64,000 nt of DNA from Patescibacteria group bacterium (GCA_020148045.1 JAHCRG010000004.1:64576-128575), one strand, 5' to 3'. Positions 50,428 to 59,916 are shown, numbered from the stretch's first letter. Notes: generated by a model from the sequence alone, not told the origin. Translations and numbers: made by a program.

Positions 50428-51393
50428 ATGGAGATTAAAGAATTAAAAACAACAGATTTAGATCCTGAGAAATTTATCGCTGAGAAAGAGAAAGAAATTT
50501 CTTCAGGCGTTGGAGATGAAATGGCTATCAATGCTTTGTCTGGTGGTGTGGATTCTTCAACTGTAACGATGTTGGGTCACAGGGCCCTGGGGGATAAGCT
50601 CAGAACATGTTTTATTGACAATGGATTGATGAGAGAAAATGAGCCGCAAGAGGTTGTTTCATTGTTTGGAAAATTAGGGGTTAAGGTAGTAGTCGTTGAC
50701 GCTCACGAAAAATTCTTTCAGGCCCTAAAAGGGATAACAGACCCTGAAGAAAAAAGAGAGGCAGTTCGTCGAACATTCTATAAAGATGTTTTTGGGGAGC
50801 TTGTCAAAGAAAGCGGGGCAAAGTGTCTCTTACAGGGGACTATTTTTACTGATATTGAAGAGACAGTTGCTGGAATAAAGAGACAGCACAATATCTTTGA
50901 GCAATTAGGTATTGATCCTAAGGAAGCTTTTGGCTACCAAATTATAGAGCCCTTACGGCAACTTCGGAAAGACGGAGTGAGAATAGTAGCCGAATCTTTG
51001 GGATTGCCTGAATCAGTGTATAACAAAATGCCGTTCCCAGGACCGGGTTTAGCTACCAGAGTAATCGGAGAAGTAACCCTTGAAAAGATAAAAATCGTAA
51101 GGAAGGCAACTGCGATTACTGAACAAGAATTAGCGCTGACTGGTGCCTTTCAATATATGGCAATTTTGCATCAAGACAGAGTTACCGGTATCCGAGACGG
51201 AAAAAGAGAGTTCGGGCTACAAATTGAAATCAGATGTTGGAATAGTATTGATGCCACAGTAGCTGGACCAACGAAAGTCCCTGATAGGGCTCTTGAAAAT
51301 TTAGTTAACAGGATAATAAACGAAATTCCTGAGGTTGTGAGCATTACTTACAACATAACTCCCAAGCCCCCTTCAACAATGGAAGCTATTTAA
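50428..51393 (+). CDS. guaA: GMP synthase ATP-pyrophosphatase subunit (stand-alone GuaA subunit B type, no glutaminase domain)
   Basis: PP-loop ALSGGVDSS, GMP-synthase C-terminal dimerisation region and a ...ITPKPPSTMEAI terminus (compare KPPATIEWE). AGGAG Shine-Dalgarno. Confidence 0.8.
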   Translation: MEIKELKTTDLDPEKFIAEKEKEISSGVGDEMAINALSGGVDSSTVTMLGHRALGDKLRTCFIDNGLMRENEPQEVVSLFGKLGVKVVVVDAHEKFFQALKGITDPEEKREAVRRTFYKDVFGELVKESGAKCLLQGTIFTDIEETVAGIKRQHNIFEQLGIDPKEAFGYQIIEPLRQLRKDGVRIVAESLGLPESVYNKMPFPGPGLATRVIGEVTLEKIKIVRKATAITEQELALTGAFQYMAILHQDRVTGIRDGKREFGLQIEIRCWNSIDATVAGPTKVPDRALENLVNRIINEIPEVVSITYNITPKPPSTMEAI

Positions 51394-51402
51394 ATTCTTT
51401 TT

Positions 51403-51443
51403 AAAAAAAACAAAGACCCGAGTTTTCTTGGGTCTTTTTTTTT
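51403..51443. terminator. intrinsic terminator
   Basis: A8 + AAGACCC gagttttct TGGGTCTT + T9. Confidence 0.8.
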
Positions 51444-51469
51444 GACGAACCAGCAAAATGTGATAATAT
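51442..51469 (+). promoter_or_regulatory. sigma70-type promoter TTGACG-16-TAATAT
   Basis: TTGACG at 51442-51447 and TAATAT at 51464-51469. Paralogous in sequence to 50052-50079. Confidence 0.5.
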
Positions 51470-51510
51470 TTAAATATTAACGTTCTTTAAGTTTTTAAAA
51501 GGAGACAAAA

Positions 51511-51816
51511 ATGAAGGCACTGGATTTTGATAAACTTTATGAGATTTTAAGAAGCAAAAGGGTAATTGCCGGCTCTAAATATAACTATGAAGCACATCTT
51601 TTGATAGATAGAATTAATCAAATTCGAGAAGACCTGGAAGATTCACGAAGAGAAGGGGAGATAAAAGAATTAACCCCAGAGGGAATAGGAAGATTTATAA
51701 CAGAGAACGAAAATTTAAAAGAACAGATTCGGAATATTACCAGGAAAGAAGGATTAAGAACCAAAGTCATAGAATTAGCGATAGACGAGGTGATAGAACG
51801 GGCAACGAAAAATTAA
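51511..51816 (+). CDS. hypothetical protein (101 aa), helical
   Basis: AAGGAGA Shine-Dalgarno, with its own promoter and terminator. No family recognised. Confidence 0.55.
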   Translation: MKALDFDKLYEILRSKRVIAGSKYNYEAHLLIDRINQIREDLEDSRREGEIKELTPEGIGRFITENENLKEQIRNITRKEGLRTKVIELAIDEVIERATKN

Positions 51817-51850
51817 AAAGCTCAGTACAAAAATCTATTGAGCTTTTTTA
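51815..51850. terminator. intrinsic terminator
   Basis: A5 + AGCTCA...TGAGCT + T6. Confidence 0.7.
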
Positions 51851-51880
51851 TTGTGCGACGTTTTTATGAAATCACGTTGC

Positions 51881-51909
51881 TTGACAAATTTAGATAATTG
51901 ATATATACT
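51881..51909 (+). promoter_or_regulatory. sigma70-type promoter TTGACA-17-TATACT
   Basis: TTGACA at 51881-51886 and TATACT at 51904-51909. Confidence 0.6.
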
Positions 51910-51979
51910 ATTAATAGTACAATTAAATTTGGGAGGGGATGAAGTAAAAAATGATATTATGCCGAAAGGAGAGTATAAA

Positions 51980-52372
51980 ATGAAAGTCAAAGATATTATA
52001 GCCGAAATAGCGCAGTGTTCAGAATATCGCCAGTTGGTTGAATTGGTTGAATTCTGTGAACTAGTGCGCGATGATCCTGACCTGAGAATGGCAGACATTT
52101 GGGAAGATATTTATGAATTACTTTATGTCTTAGAGGAAACAATATATACACGAAGGAAAGCTTTTCTGGAGAAACTTACTCGCAGTTACCGATCCAAGAA
52201 TGCAGCAGAAAACAAAATCTATTTCGGGGGAATGCAAAACGTACAAGCTGCAAGAGATGCATTCGTCAGACAGGTCAAAGAACAAATGCCTGTCTATATC
52301 CAGCTAATGGACTTAATAGAGGCCCAAACTCGGGCCGAAAAACAGAAAGAAACTGCCATTGCTGCTGGCTAA
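51980..52372 (+). CDS. hypothetical protein (130 aa), acidic, helical
   Basis: The ATG at 51980 follows an AAAGGAGAG Shine-Dalgarno. The track ORF starts earlier at TTG 51929. No family recognised. Confidence 0.55.
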   Translation: MKVKDIIAEIAQCSEYRQLVELVEFCELVRDDPDLRMADIWEDIYELLYVLEETIYTRRKAFLEKLTRSYRSKNAAENKIYFGGMQNVQAARDAFVRQVKEQMPVYIQLMDLIEAQTRAEKQKETAIAAG

Positions 52373-52401
52373 TACATCTTCCGGAAAACAAAAAATCTCC
52401 T

Positions 52402-52435
52402 AAAAAAACCTGGGATTTGCTGCTCAGGTTTTTTA
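52402..52435. terminator. bidirectional intrinsic terminator between convergent genes
   Basis: A7 + AACCTGGG atttgctg CTCAGGTT + T6. It overlaps the recombinase stop codon. Confidence 0.7.
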
Positions 52436-53392
52436 TTCTTTCAAGTTTTTCCCACCATGGAATTTACGATGAATATCGCGTAATCGTTTATTAGTAATAT
52501 GGGTATAAATCTGGGTACTAGTAATACTTCTATGGCCAAGAAATTCCTGAATGGTTCTAAGATCAACTCCCTGGGATAGAAGATCGGTTGCCATACTATG
52601 CCTAAGGGTATGAGGTGTGGTGAATATTGGAATGCCAGCTAAGATTGCATACTTTTTAGCAATTCTTTCCACAGAACGAGGTGTTAGGCGAGCTTCTGCA
52701 TCTTTTCTAGCTCTATAATGAATAAATAGAGCTTTTTCTTTGTCCTTGCGAGTTTCCAAATATTTCTTAAGCCAAGATAAAGCCCTTTCTGAGAAATAAA
52801 CAGTTCTAGGATAACCCCCTTTGCCAATTATACTAAGCTCATAATCTTTCTTATCCTTTATGTTTATAAACTGCTCACAATTCAAGGCCACTAATTCAGC
52901 TATTCTAAGCCCAGTAGAAAATAATGCCTCTAGAATAGTTCTATCCCGCAAGCCAATAGTTTTTTTAGTGTCAGGTGCTAGTAGAAGTTTCTCAATTTGT
53001 TCTAAATTAAGAAACTTTATATTTTCTTCCTTTCTAGCGTCTTTTGGAAGCCTTATCTTATCCGATGGGAGTGAAGCCACGTCTCTGGCTGAAAAATAGC
53101 TTAGAAGGGCTCTCAGAGCGATTAAATAGTAGTTCTGGGTAGTTTTCTTTAAAGATTTACCTGTTTTAGGGTTTATATTGCGTGATAAAAAAAGCCGGTA
53201 TTTCCAGATGTCATCTGAACTTAATTGATGAGGTTTTATATTTTCTTTATGGTTTTTCTTTAACCAAAAACTAAATTTATTTAAATACATCTGGTAATTC
53301 TTTTGAGTATTATCTGATAAGCCTTCTTCCACTTCACAATAATCTAAAAAATCAGGAATATGCTTAATTATAGGTATATTTGATTTTTCCAT
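52433..53392 (-). CDS. tyrosine site-specific recombinase (XerC/XerD/phage-integrase family)
   Basis: N-terminal SAM-like core-binding domain. C-terminal GLRIAEL...(R), HTLRHSMATDLL (HxxR) and GHRSITSTQIYTH (catalytic Y). Confidence 0.9.
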   Translation of the reverse strand: MEKSNIPIIKHIPDFLDYCEVEEGLSDNTQKNYQMYLNKFSFWLKKNHKENIKPHQLSSDDIWKYRLFLSRNINPKTGKSLKKTTQNYYLIALRALLSYFSARDVASLPSDKIRLPKDARKEENIKFLNLEQIEKLLLAPDTKKTIGLRDRTILEALFSTGLRIAELVALNCEQFINIKDKKDYELSIIGKGGYPRTVYFSERALSWLKKYLETRKDKEKALFIHYRARKDAEARLTPRSVERIAKKYAILAGIPIFTTPHTLRHSMATDLLSQGVDLRTIQEFLGHRSITSTQIYTHITNKRLRDIHRKFHGGKNLKE

Positions 53393-53571
53393 ATTTTTGA
53401 CTTATTCTAGGGGAGCCCTCTTAATTGGCGCTTTACCATTATTGTCCGACATTCCCTATGTTCATACTAACGCTCTTCCCTAACCCCTGTCAAGTGGAAA
53501 AATCACAATAAAAAAGGACTCATGAAGAGCCCTGTTTTTTATAATAAATTGCAGTATCTTATAGGCCAAGT

Positions 53572-53979
53572 TTACTTAATTAAATCTTTAAAGCGTTGCC
53601 AGAGGGATTTGCCAACTTTTGGTATTTCTTGTTTCATTTCTTGTTTTTCTTTTTCAAATTCTTCCTGAATTTCTGGTTTTCTTCTTTCGACCTCTCTTCC
53701 TAAAAGAGAATAAATTTTTTGCCAAATAATTCGAAGCCAAGAAAAAATGTAAGATCGCAAGAAACTTCTAAACCAACCCAACATTCTTCCCCATACTACC
53801 AAAGCTTCTTGCCAAGGTTTTTTTAATGCTTGAGGAAAACCGATTAAAATCCTCTCCCCTAATGTTTTTGCTTCTTCAAAGGTCTCTGGCGCTTTTGGAG
53901 CAATTTCCTGGGCTGAAGAATAAGGAATGGCAGTAAATAGTAAAAAAGAGATTATTGAAAAAGTAAATAAATATTTCAT
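53572..53979 (-). CDS. secreted/membrane-associated hypothetical protein (135 aa)
   Basis: Signal peptide MKYLFTFSIISFLLFTAIPYSSAQE and an amphipathic W/R-rich middle region. No family recognised. Confidence 0.5.
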   Translation of the reverse strand: MKYLFTFSIISFLLFTAIPYSSAQEIAPKAPETFEEAKTLGERILIGFPQALKKPWQEALVVWGRMLGWFRSFLRSYIFSWLRIIWQKIYSLLGREVERRKPEIQEEFEKEKQEMKQEIPKVGKSLWQRFKDLIK

Positions 53980-53999
53980 AATTATATCAATATAGTTTG

Positions 54000-55553
54000 T
54001 TATAATAATTCCTTTGCCTTTTTTAGACGTTTTAGGGTTTTTTCTTTTCCTAAGATTTCGGCGATTTCAAAAGGACCGGCTGAGGTCTCTTTACCAGTTA
54101 GAGCCACTCTTAAGGGCCATAAAACCTTTCCTCTATCCCCTACTTTTTCTGCTTCAAGCATTAAAACATTTTCTAAAGTTTTTTTGTCCCAATCCCGCTC
54201 TTTTATTTCAGACAATATATTTACTAATTTGTCAAGAACGTCCTTAATTTCTTCATCGCTCATATCTTTCCATTTAAGAAGCTTTTTATCATAATCTAAT
54301 TTATCCTTAAAAAAGAAATCAGTTAATTCAGTGATTTCTGAAAGTTTTTTTAATCTCTCCTGATAAATAGCAACAATTTTTTTAAGGTAATCAAAATTTA
54401 TTTCTTCCTTTGTCTCAATAATTTTATAGGCCTGGGTAATACTTATTCCGCCATAAGCAGGCGGATACTGTTCTGACTTAAAAACTGGCTCTATTAATCC
54501 TTCCTGGATTAAATAAGGGATACATGATTCTGTTAATTTTTCTGGAGATTTTTGGCGGATGTAAAAGCCGTTTAGAAAATCTAATCTTTTAATATTGAAA
54601 ACTGCTCCTCCTTTTTGAACTCTGGTAATTGAAAATTCTTTAATTAAGGAAGCCATTGAAAAAATTTCCCTTTCAGTTCCTGGATTCCAACCTAAGAAAG
54701 CTAAAAAATTAATCAAGGTTTCAGGCAAATAACCTTCTTTTCTATATTCTCCCATAGATACTGCTTTATGCCGTTTGCTTAATTTGCTTTTATCCGGGCC
54801 TAAAATTAAAGGTAAATGCCCAAATTCTGGTTGGGGAAAGCCAAGAGCTTCCTGTAAAAGAATCTGTTTTGGAGTGTTGGGCAAAAGGTCTTCCCCTCTA
54901 ATTACATGGCTGATTTTCATTTCAAAATCATCTACTACCACAGCAAAATTATACAAAGGAGTAGTTAAATCTTTGGCAATTGATATGTCGCCTATTAAAC
55001 TAGCGTCAAATTCTACTTTTCCCCGAATCATATCATTAAATGACACTTTTTTTACCGAGATTTTAAATCTAACGACAGATTGCTGTCCTTCGGCTAATTT
55101 CTTTTTAACTTCTTCTGAGGAAAGTTTGGAACATTTTCCATTATAACGAGGAGGCAATCCCCTACTCATTTGTTCCTGCCTTTTCGCTTCTAATTCTTCT
55201 TCTGAACAAAAACAATAATAGGCCTTCTCCTCTTTTAACAATTTCTCTAAATACTTTGCGTAAATATTTCCTCTCTCGCTTTGTCTATAAGGTCCTTCAT
55301 CCCAGTCAATTCCCAGCCACTTTAAATTTTCAATGATATCTTTTTCAAATTTAGGGTCAGACCTTTCAACATTAGTATCCTCAATTCTTAAGATAAAACT
55401 CCCTTGATTTTTTTTAGCAAAAAGATAATTAAAAAGGGCAGTTCTGGCACTGCCAATGTGAAGAAAACCAGTTGGGGAAGGGGCAAATCTTGTTCGAACT
55501 TCCCCTGGTTTAATAAATTTAAATTTGTCACCTGGGTTGTTGACAATTGCCAT
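54000..55553 (-). CDS. gltX: glutamyl-tRNA synthetase
   Basis: RFAPSPTGFLHIGSARTA (HIGH) and KLSKRH (KMSKS); full-length class I GluRS. Confidence 0.93.
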   Translation of the reverse strand: MAIVNNPGDKFKFIKPGEVRTRFAPSPTGFLHIGSARTALFNYLFAKKNQGSFILRIEDTNVERSDPKFEKDIIENLKWLGIDWDEGPYRQSERGNIYAKYLEKLLKEEKAYYCFCSEEELEAKRQEQMSRGLPPRYNGKCSKLSSEEVKKKLAEGQQSVVRFKISVKKVSFNDMIRGKVEFDASLIGDISIAKDLTTPLYNFAVVVDDFEMKISHVIRGEDLLPNTPKQILLQEALGFPQPEFGHLPLILGPDKSKLSKRHKAVSMGEYRKEGYLPETLINFLAFLGWNPGTEREIFSMASLIKEFSITRVQKGGAVFNIKRLDFLNGFYIRQKSPEKLTESCIPYLIQEGLIEPVFKSEQYPPAYGGISITQAYKIIETKEEINFDYLKKIVAIYQERLKKLSEITELTDFFFKDKLDYDKKLLKWKDMSDEEIKDVLDKLVNILSEIKERDWDKKTLENVLMLEAEKVGDRGKVLWPLRVALTGKETSAGPFEIAEILGKEKTLKRLKKAKELL

Positions 55554-55648
55554 ATTTTAAGTATTGTAGATGCTCTACATAATTGTGTGTTCAGTCAAAG
55601 AAGAAAAATAAATTTTTCTTCTTTTTCTTCACTTGCAATTATAGCACA

Positions 55649-57583
55649 TTATTTACTGAAATACCATTTCAATATTTCTTTTGCAACTGGTAAAGCAACT
55701 GCCTGAACGTCTTTAACGTTTTCAACCATAATTGTTAGCACGATTTGTGGGTCATCGTAGGGGGCGAAAACAGTTATCCAGTTGTGGTAATAGCTAGGTC
55801 TTGGGGTTTGGGCAGTTCCAGTTTTGGCAGCTGCTGAAACTGGTAAAGAATTTAATAAAACAGATGAGGCATAAGGGCTGTTTTCTCCGGTTACTGCTCT
55901 TCTCATTCCTTGTCTAACAATCTCAAGGTTTTCTGGATTAATGAAATCCTCTTTTAAAATCTCGGATTTAATTTCTTCAATTAGATTTTTCTCGCTATCC
56001 ACAATCTCCTTAACAACTTTGGGCTTATAAAGTGTCCCCCCATTAGCTATAGCTGCAAAAGCATTAGCTACCTGAAGTGGAGTAACTTTAATGTCACCTT
56101 GACCGATAGAAAGATTATAAGTATCACCATCCCACCAAGGCTCTTTTTTAACCTCTTTTTTCCACTCAGGAAAAGGAATTAATCCTTTAACTTCTCCAGA
56201 AAGGTCAATTTCGGTTTTATCCCCCCAGCCAAAAAGCTCAAGATATTTTTTAATTCTTGAAGGACCTAATCCTTCCTGGTCTTTATAGCCTCCCCCAACT
56301 GTGTAAAAATAGACATTACAAGATTCAGCAATTGCTTTTCTCATATCAGTCCACCCGTGTATTCTCCAGTCTTGTTTTACTGTAGTAACTTCTGGCTCAT
56401 ATCTATGAGGAATAGCAATTCCTCCCTTACAGTTTATTTTTTTTGAAGGCGATATTATTTCCTCTTCTAAGGCAGCTGAAGCAACCAGGGGCTTGATAGT
56501 GGAACCTGTCGGATATAAACCTGAAACTGCAAGGTTAAAAAGAGGTTCTCGGGGGTCTGCCAGAAGATTCGAAAGAGCTTCCTGGTCAGCTCCTTTGCTG
56601 AACAAATTATTATTATAACTGGGAATGCTGACTAAAGCTAATACTCCTCCGGTTTTTGGATTCAAAGCCACTCCCACTGCTTTTTCAGCTCCAATATCTT
56701 TAAGAATTCTTTTTAGCTCTTCTTCAATTTTTTTCTCTAATTCAGAATCTAACCATAAAATTAAGCTCTTTCCAGATTCTGGCAAAGAAATTATTTCTTT
56801 TGATAATAAGTTCCCGTAAACATCTCTCTCAATTCTGGTCTTCCCTGGATTTTTTCTCAGAGTCTCTTCATATGACTTTTCAAGACCGTCTCTGCCAACA
56901 TAGTCAAAAACTGAATAAATCCCAGGGTTTTTCTCTAATTCTTTTGCGCTTATTTTCCCGGTATAACCAATCAAATGGGCAAAACTTAAATCTTCTATAT
57001 AATACCTAATTGAATTTCGCTCAATTCGAAAACCAGAAAGTTCAGCAATCTTTGTCTCAAGTAAAATCAAGGTTTGGTGGTCAAGGTCTTTTGAAATTAG
57101 AACTTCTCGGTTTTGTTCTTCATTAATTTTCTTTTCCAAATCCTCAAGATTTTCCTCAACAATTTCAGAGACCTCTTTTAAAACCTTTATTTTTTCAAAA
57201 TCTGAAGAAGGAAGTTTTCTTTTATCTAAGATTAAATCAAAACTTGGTTTATTGAAAACTAACTGCTCACCTTTGCTGTCGTAAATTACTCCCCGAGCTG
57301 CTCTAATTGAATGAATTATGAATTTATTTTCATTAGCCAAAGCTGAAAATTTTTTATTCTCCAAGACCTGAAATTGAAAAGTTTTAACGAAAAGAATAAA
57401 AAGTAGAACTACAGCAAAAATTAAAAACCCTTTAAGGATTTTTTTTGAAAGAGGAACTTCAAATTTTTTTTCTGAAATGCCAAGCTCTGCTTCTTTCTTC
57501 TGGGCAAGAGAATCCAGGAACACTTCTTGTGGTTCAATGTCCTTTTTGTTTTTAACTTTTTTCAATAAATGGAATCCGAACAT
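55649..57583 (-). CDS. mrdA: penicillin-binding protein 2 (class B transpeptidase)
   Basis: N-terminal TM helix, STIKP (SxxK), SCN (SxN) and KTGTA. Downstream of mreC-mreD. Confidence 0.88.
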   Translation of the reverse strand: MFGFHLLKKVKNKKDIEPQEVFLDSLAQKKEAELGISEKKFEVPLSKKILKGFLIFAVVLLFILFVKTFQFQVLENKKFSALANENKFIIHSIRAARGVIYDSKGEQLVFNKPSFDLILDKRKLPSSDFEKIKVLKEVSEIVEENLEDLEKKINEEQNREVLISKDLDHQTLILLETKIAELSGFRIERNSIRYYIEDLSFAHLIGYTGKISAKELEKNPGIYSVFDYVGRDGLEKSYEETLRKNPGKTRIERDVYGNLLSKEIISLPESGKSLILWLDSELEKKIEEELKRILKDIGAEKAVGVALNPKTGGVLALVSIPSYNNNLFSKGADQEALSNLLADPREPLFNLAVSGLYPTGSTIKPLVASAALEEEIISPSKKINCKGGIAIPHRYEPEVTTVKQDWRIHGWTDMRKAIAESCNVYFYTVGGGYKDQEGLGPSRIKKYLELFGWGDKTEIDLSGEVKGLIPFPEWKKEVKKEPWWDGDTYNLSIGQGDIKVTPLQVANAFAAIANGGTLYKPKVVKEIVDSEKNLIEEIKSEILKEDFINPENLEIVRQGMRRAVTGENSPYASSVLLNSLPVSAAAKTGTAQTPRPSYYHNWITVFAPYDDPQIVLTIMVENVKDVQAVALPVAKEILKWYFSK

Positions 57584-57863
57584 ATCTTTTGAAAACTAAT
57601 TTTAGGAAAATCGCCAAGGCAAATGAGATTAAAATATAAAAACCAATAAAACGATTAGAGAATATATCTAAAAAGAGTCCTCCGATGAAAGCAGCATATA
57701 AACCAAAATAATTTTTTGATTTTTCAAAAAGATTCCAAAGAACCACTGAAATTAAAACAAGATTTGGGACAATCCCTAATATATTAAAATGAACCAAAAA
57801 ACTGGTCTGGATTAAAACTAAAAAATAGAAAACAATTATTGAAATTAAAATTTTCTTAAACAT
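57552..57863 (-). CDS. mreD: rod-shape-determining protein MreD (by position and topology)
   Basis: 103-aa polytopic membrane protein between mreC and PBP2. It overlaps both neighbours. Confidence 0.55.
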   Translation of the reverse strand: MFKKILISIIVFYFLVLIQTSFLVHFNILGIVPNLVLISVVLWNLFEKSKNYFGLYAAFIGGLFLDIFSNRFIGFYILISFALAIFLKLVFKRYVRIPFIEKS

Positions 57864-58687
57864 TAAAATTCTAAAATAATAAAAAGGGTTTCTGTTTGTG
57901 AGATATCAAAAAATGGTTCAATTTCTGCTTGTTGAAAAGGCTCAACATCGCTTTTTTTGATTCCTTTGATTTTACCAACCAAAAGTCCTTTTGGAAAAAT
58001 TCCTCCGAGAGCGCTGGTTACAACAATATCTCCTTGAGAGAGATTCTCTTCACGAGGGATAAGGTCAAATAAAATTCTAAAATCCTCCTGCCCTTTTACA
58101 ACTCCAGAAATATCTTTTTCCTCTTTTTGGATTTTACCATTAAAAGAGCTTTCTTCGTTTGAAATAAGTATCACTTTTGAGAAATTTTTATAAATTTCAC
58201 CGATTTTTCCTACTAGAACTTTTTGTTGAGTAATTACTGGCATATTTTTTGAAATACCATCTTCAGACCCCTTATCAATTAAAATAAAATCTTGGGAAAT
58301 ATCTTTGCTAATAATTTGAGTTAAAGCCAATTTAAACTCTTTTTGAAGCCCGATTTCTAATGCTTGTCTTAAAGTTTCATTTTCTTTTTTTAACTTTTGC
58401 AAAGTAATAATCTGAGAAATTAATTCTTGATTTTCAAGTCTAAGTTCATCTAATTCTTGTTTTAATATTTTTACTCGCACAATGCCTTCCAAAAAATCAG
58501 ATGTTCTCTCCCCTGCTTTCCAAAGAACTTTCTGAATTGGCGCAGAAATATCATAAAAAAAACTTCTCACATCTCTCTGAAAAAAATTCAATAAAAAAAC
58601 AAGCAAAACTACCACAACAACCGCCATCAAAACCTTGTTTTTCTTAAGAGAGAATTTCATATTATGTTCCATTTTACCCCAAACCAA
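57863..58687 (-). CDS. mreC: rod-shape-determining protein MreC
   Basis: N-terminal anchor, coiled coil (LENQELISQIITLQKLKKENETLRQAL) and beta-barrel domain with SALGGIFPKGLLVGKI. The true start is probably internal (ATG at 58672 or 58660). Confidence 0.85.
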   Translation of the reverse strand: MVWGKMEHNMKFSLKKNKVLMAVVVVVLLVFLLNFFQRDVRSFFYDISAPIQKVLWKAGERTSDFLEGIVRVKILKQELDELRLENQELISQIITLQKLKKENETLRQALEIGLQKEFKLALTQIISKDISQDFILIDKGSEDGISKNMPVITQQKVLVGKIGEIYKNFSKVILISNEESSFNGKIQKEEKDISGVVKGQEDFRILFDLIPREENLSQGDIVVTSALGGIFPKGLLVGKIKGIKKSDVEPFQQAEIEPFFDISQTETLFIILEF

Positions 58688-58690
58688 CCC

Positions 58691-58721
58691 AAAATAAAAG
58701 GGGTAGAATCCATTCTACCCC
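58691..58721 (-). terminator. intrinsic terminator of the 23S-5S transcription unit
   Basis: Minus strand: GGGGTAGAAT gg ATTCTACCCC followed by TTTTATTTT. Confidence 0.8.
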
Positions 58722-58787
58722 TCCCGACAAAAACAAGAATCTTTGCTTAAGTTGCGTTATAGATACAGAAAGAGCTTAATATTATGA

Positions 58788-58907
58788 CCACTATAAGAGA
58801 GCTACCTACTTTCGCCCAAAAGGACTATCATCGGCCTTGGGAGATTTCACTTCTGTGTTCGAAATGGGAACAGGTGGAGCACTCCTAGTATAGCCCCCTT
58901 ATAGTAG
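58788..58907 (-). rRNA. rrf: 5S ribosomal RNA
   Basis: Minus strand contains CCACCTGTTCCCATTTCGAACACAGAAGTGAAATCTCCCAAGGCCGATGATAGT (5S loop B/C and helix IV consensus). The 12-bp helix I is CTATAAGGGGGC/GCTCTCTTATAG. Ends are +/- 5 nt. Confidence 0.93.
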
Positions 58908-58922
58908 CCACAATGCTAAATA

Positions 58923-58947
58923 GTTACGATTATTAATTGTTAGCCAA
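58923..58947 (-). repeat. 3' arm of the 25-bp perfect 23S processing stem
   Basis: GTTACGATTATTAATTGTTAGCCAA (plus strand) is the exact reverse complement of 62647-62671. This suggests an RNase III-type stem enclosing the 23S gene. Confidence 0.85.
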
Positions 58948-59070
58948 TCTGAAGGTAAAAATTAAATATGATTTATTAGTACTGCTCAGCTCAAGGCATT
59001 ACTGCCCTTATACTTGCAGCCTATCAACCTCGTCATCTTCGAGGAATCTATGAATCCTAATCTTGTGGTG

Positions 59071-59103
<33 letters not shown>

Positions 59104-59232
59104 CTTCCCGACATAGCTACCCAGCGATGCTCTTGGCAGAACAGCTGGTAGACCAGAGGTCAGTTCAGTCCGGTCCTCTCGTACTAGGACCAAATCCACT
59201 CAAGATTCGACGCCTGCGGTAGATAGGGACCA

Positions 59233-59267
<35 letters not shown>

Positions 59268-59916
59268 ACGCTTTAATTGGCGAACAGCCAAACCCTTGGG
59301 AGCGGTTCCACCCCCAGGATGCGTTGAGCCGACATCGAGGTCTCGAACAGGGCCGTTGATATGGACTCGCGGGCCCTACTAAGCTGTTATCCCCGGGGTA
59401 ACTTTTGGCTGATGATCTTCGGATTTTCTATAAAAATCCGTCGGTTCACTAAGTTCTGGTTTCCCAACTGCGCGGTATATCCACCTTGCAGTAAAGCCGG
59501 CTTTTGGCTTTGCCCGATCACTCCGATTTCCATCCGGAGCTAGCCGACCTTTAAACGCCTCCATTACCTTTTAGGAGGCAAGTGCCCCACTTAAACTGTC
59601 CGTTAGAAACTGTATCCCGCTGAGCGGGGTTAGAATTAAGATTTTGAAAGAAAGGTGTTTCATTGACGACTCTACTCTGCCCGAAAGCAGAGCTTCAAAG
59701 TCTCCCTTCTACGCTACGCATCCAAAACCAAAACTCAATATCTAACTACAGTAAAGCTCCCGGGGTCTTTCCGTCTAGCCGCAGGTAACCGGCATCTTTA
59801 CCGGTATTGCATTTTCACCGAGCTGCTCCTGGAGACAGTTCCCTAGTCGTGAAGCCTTTCATGCGGGCCGTAACTTACACGGCAAGAGACTACGCTACCT
59901 TTGGACGGTTATAGTT

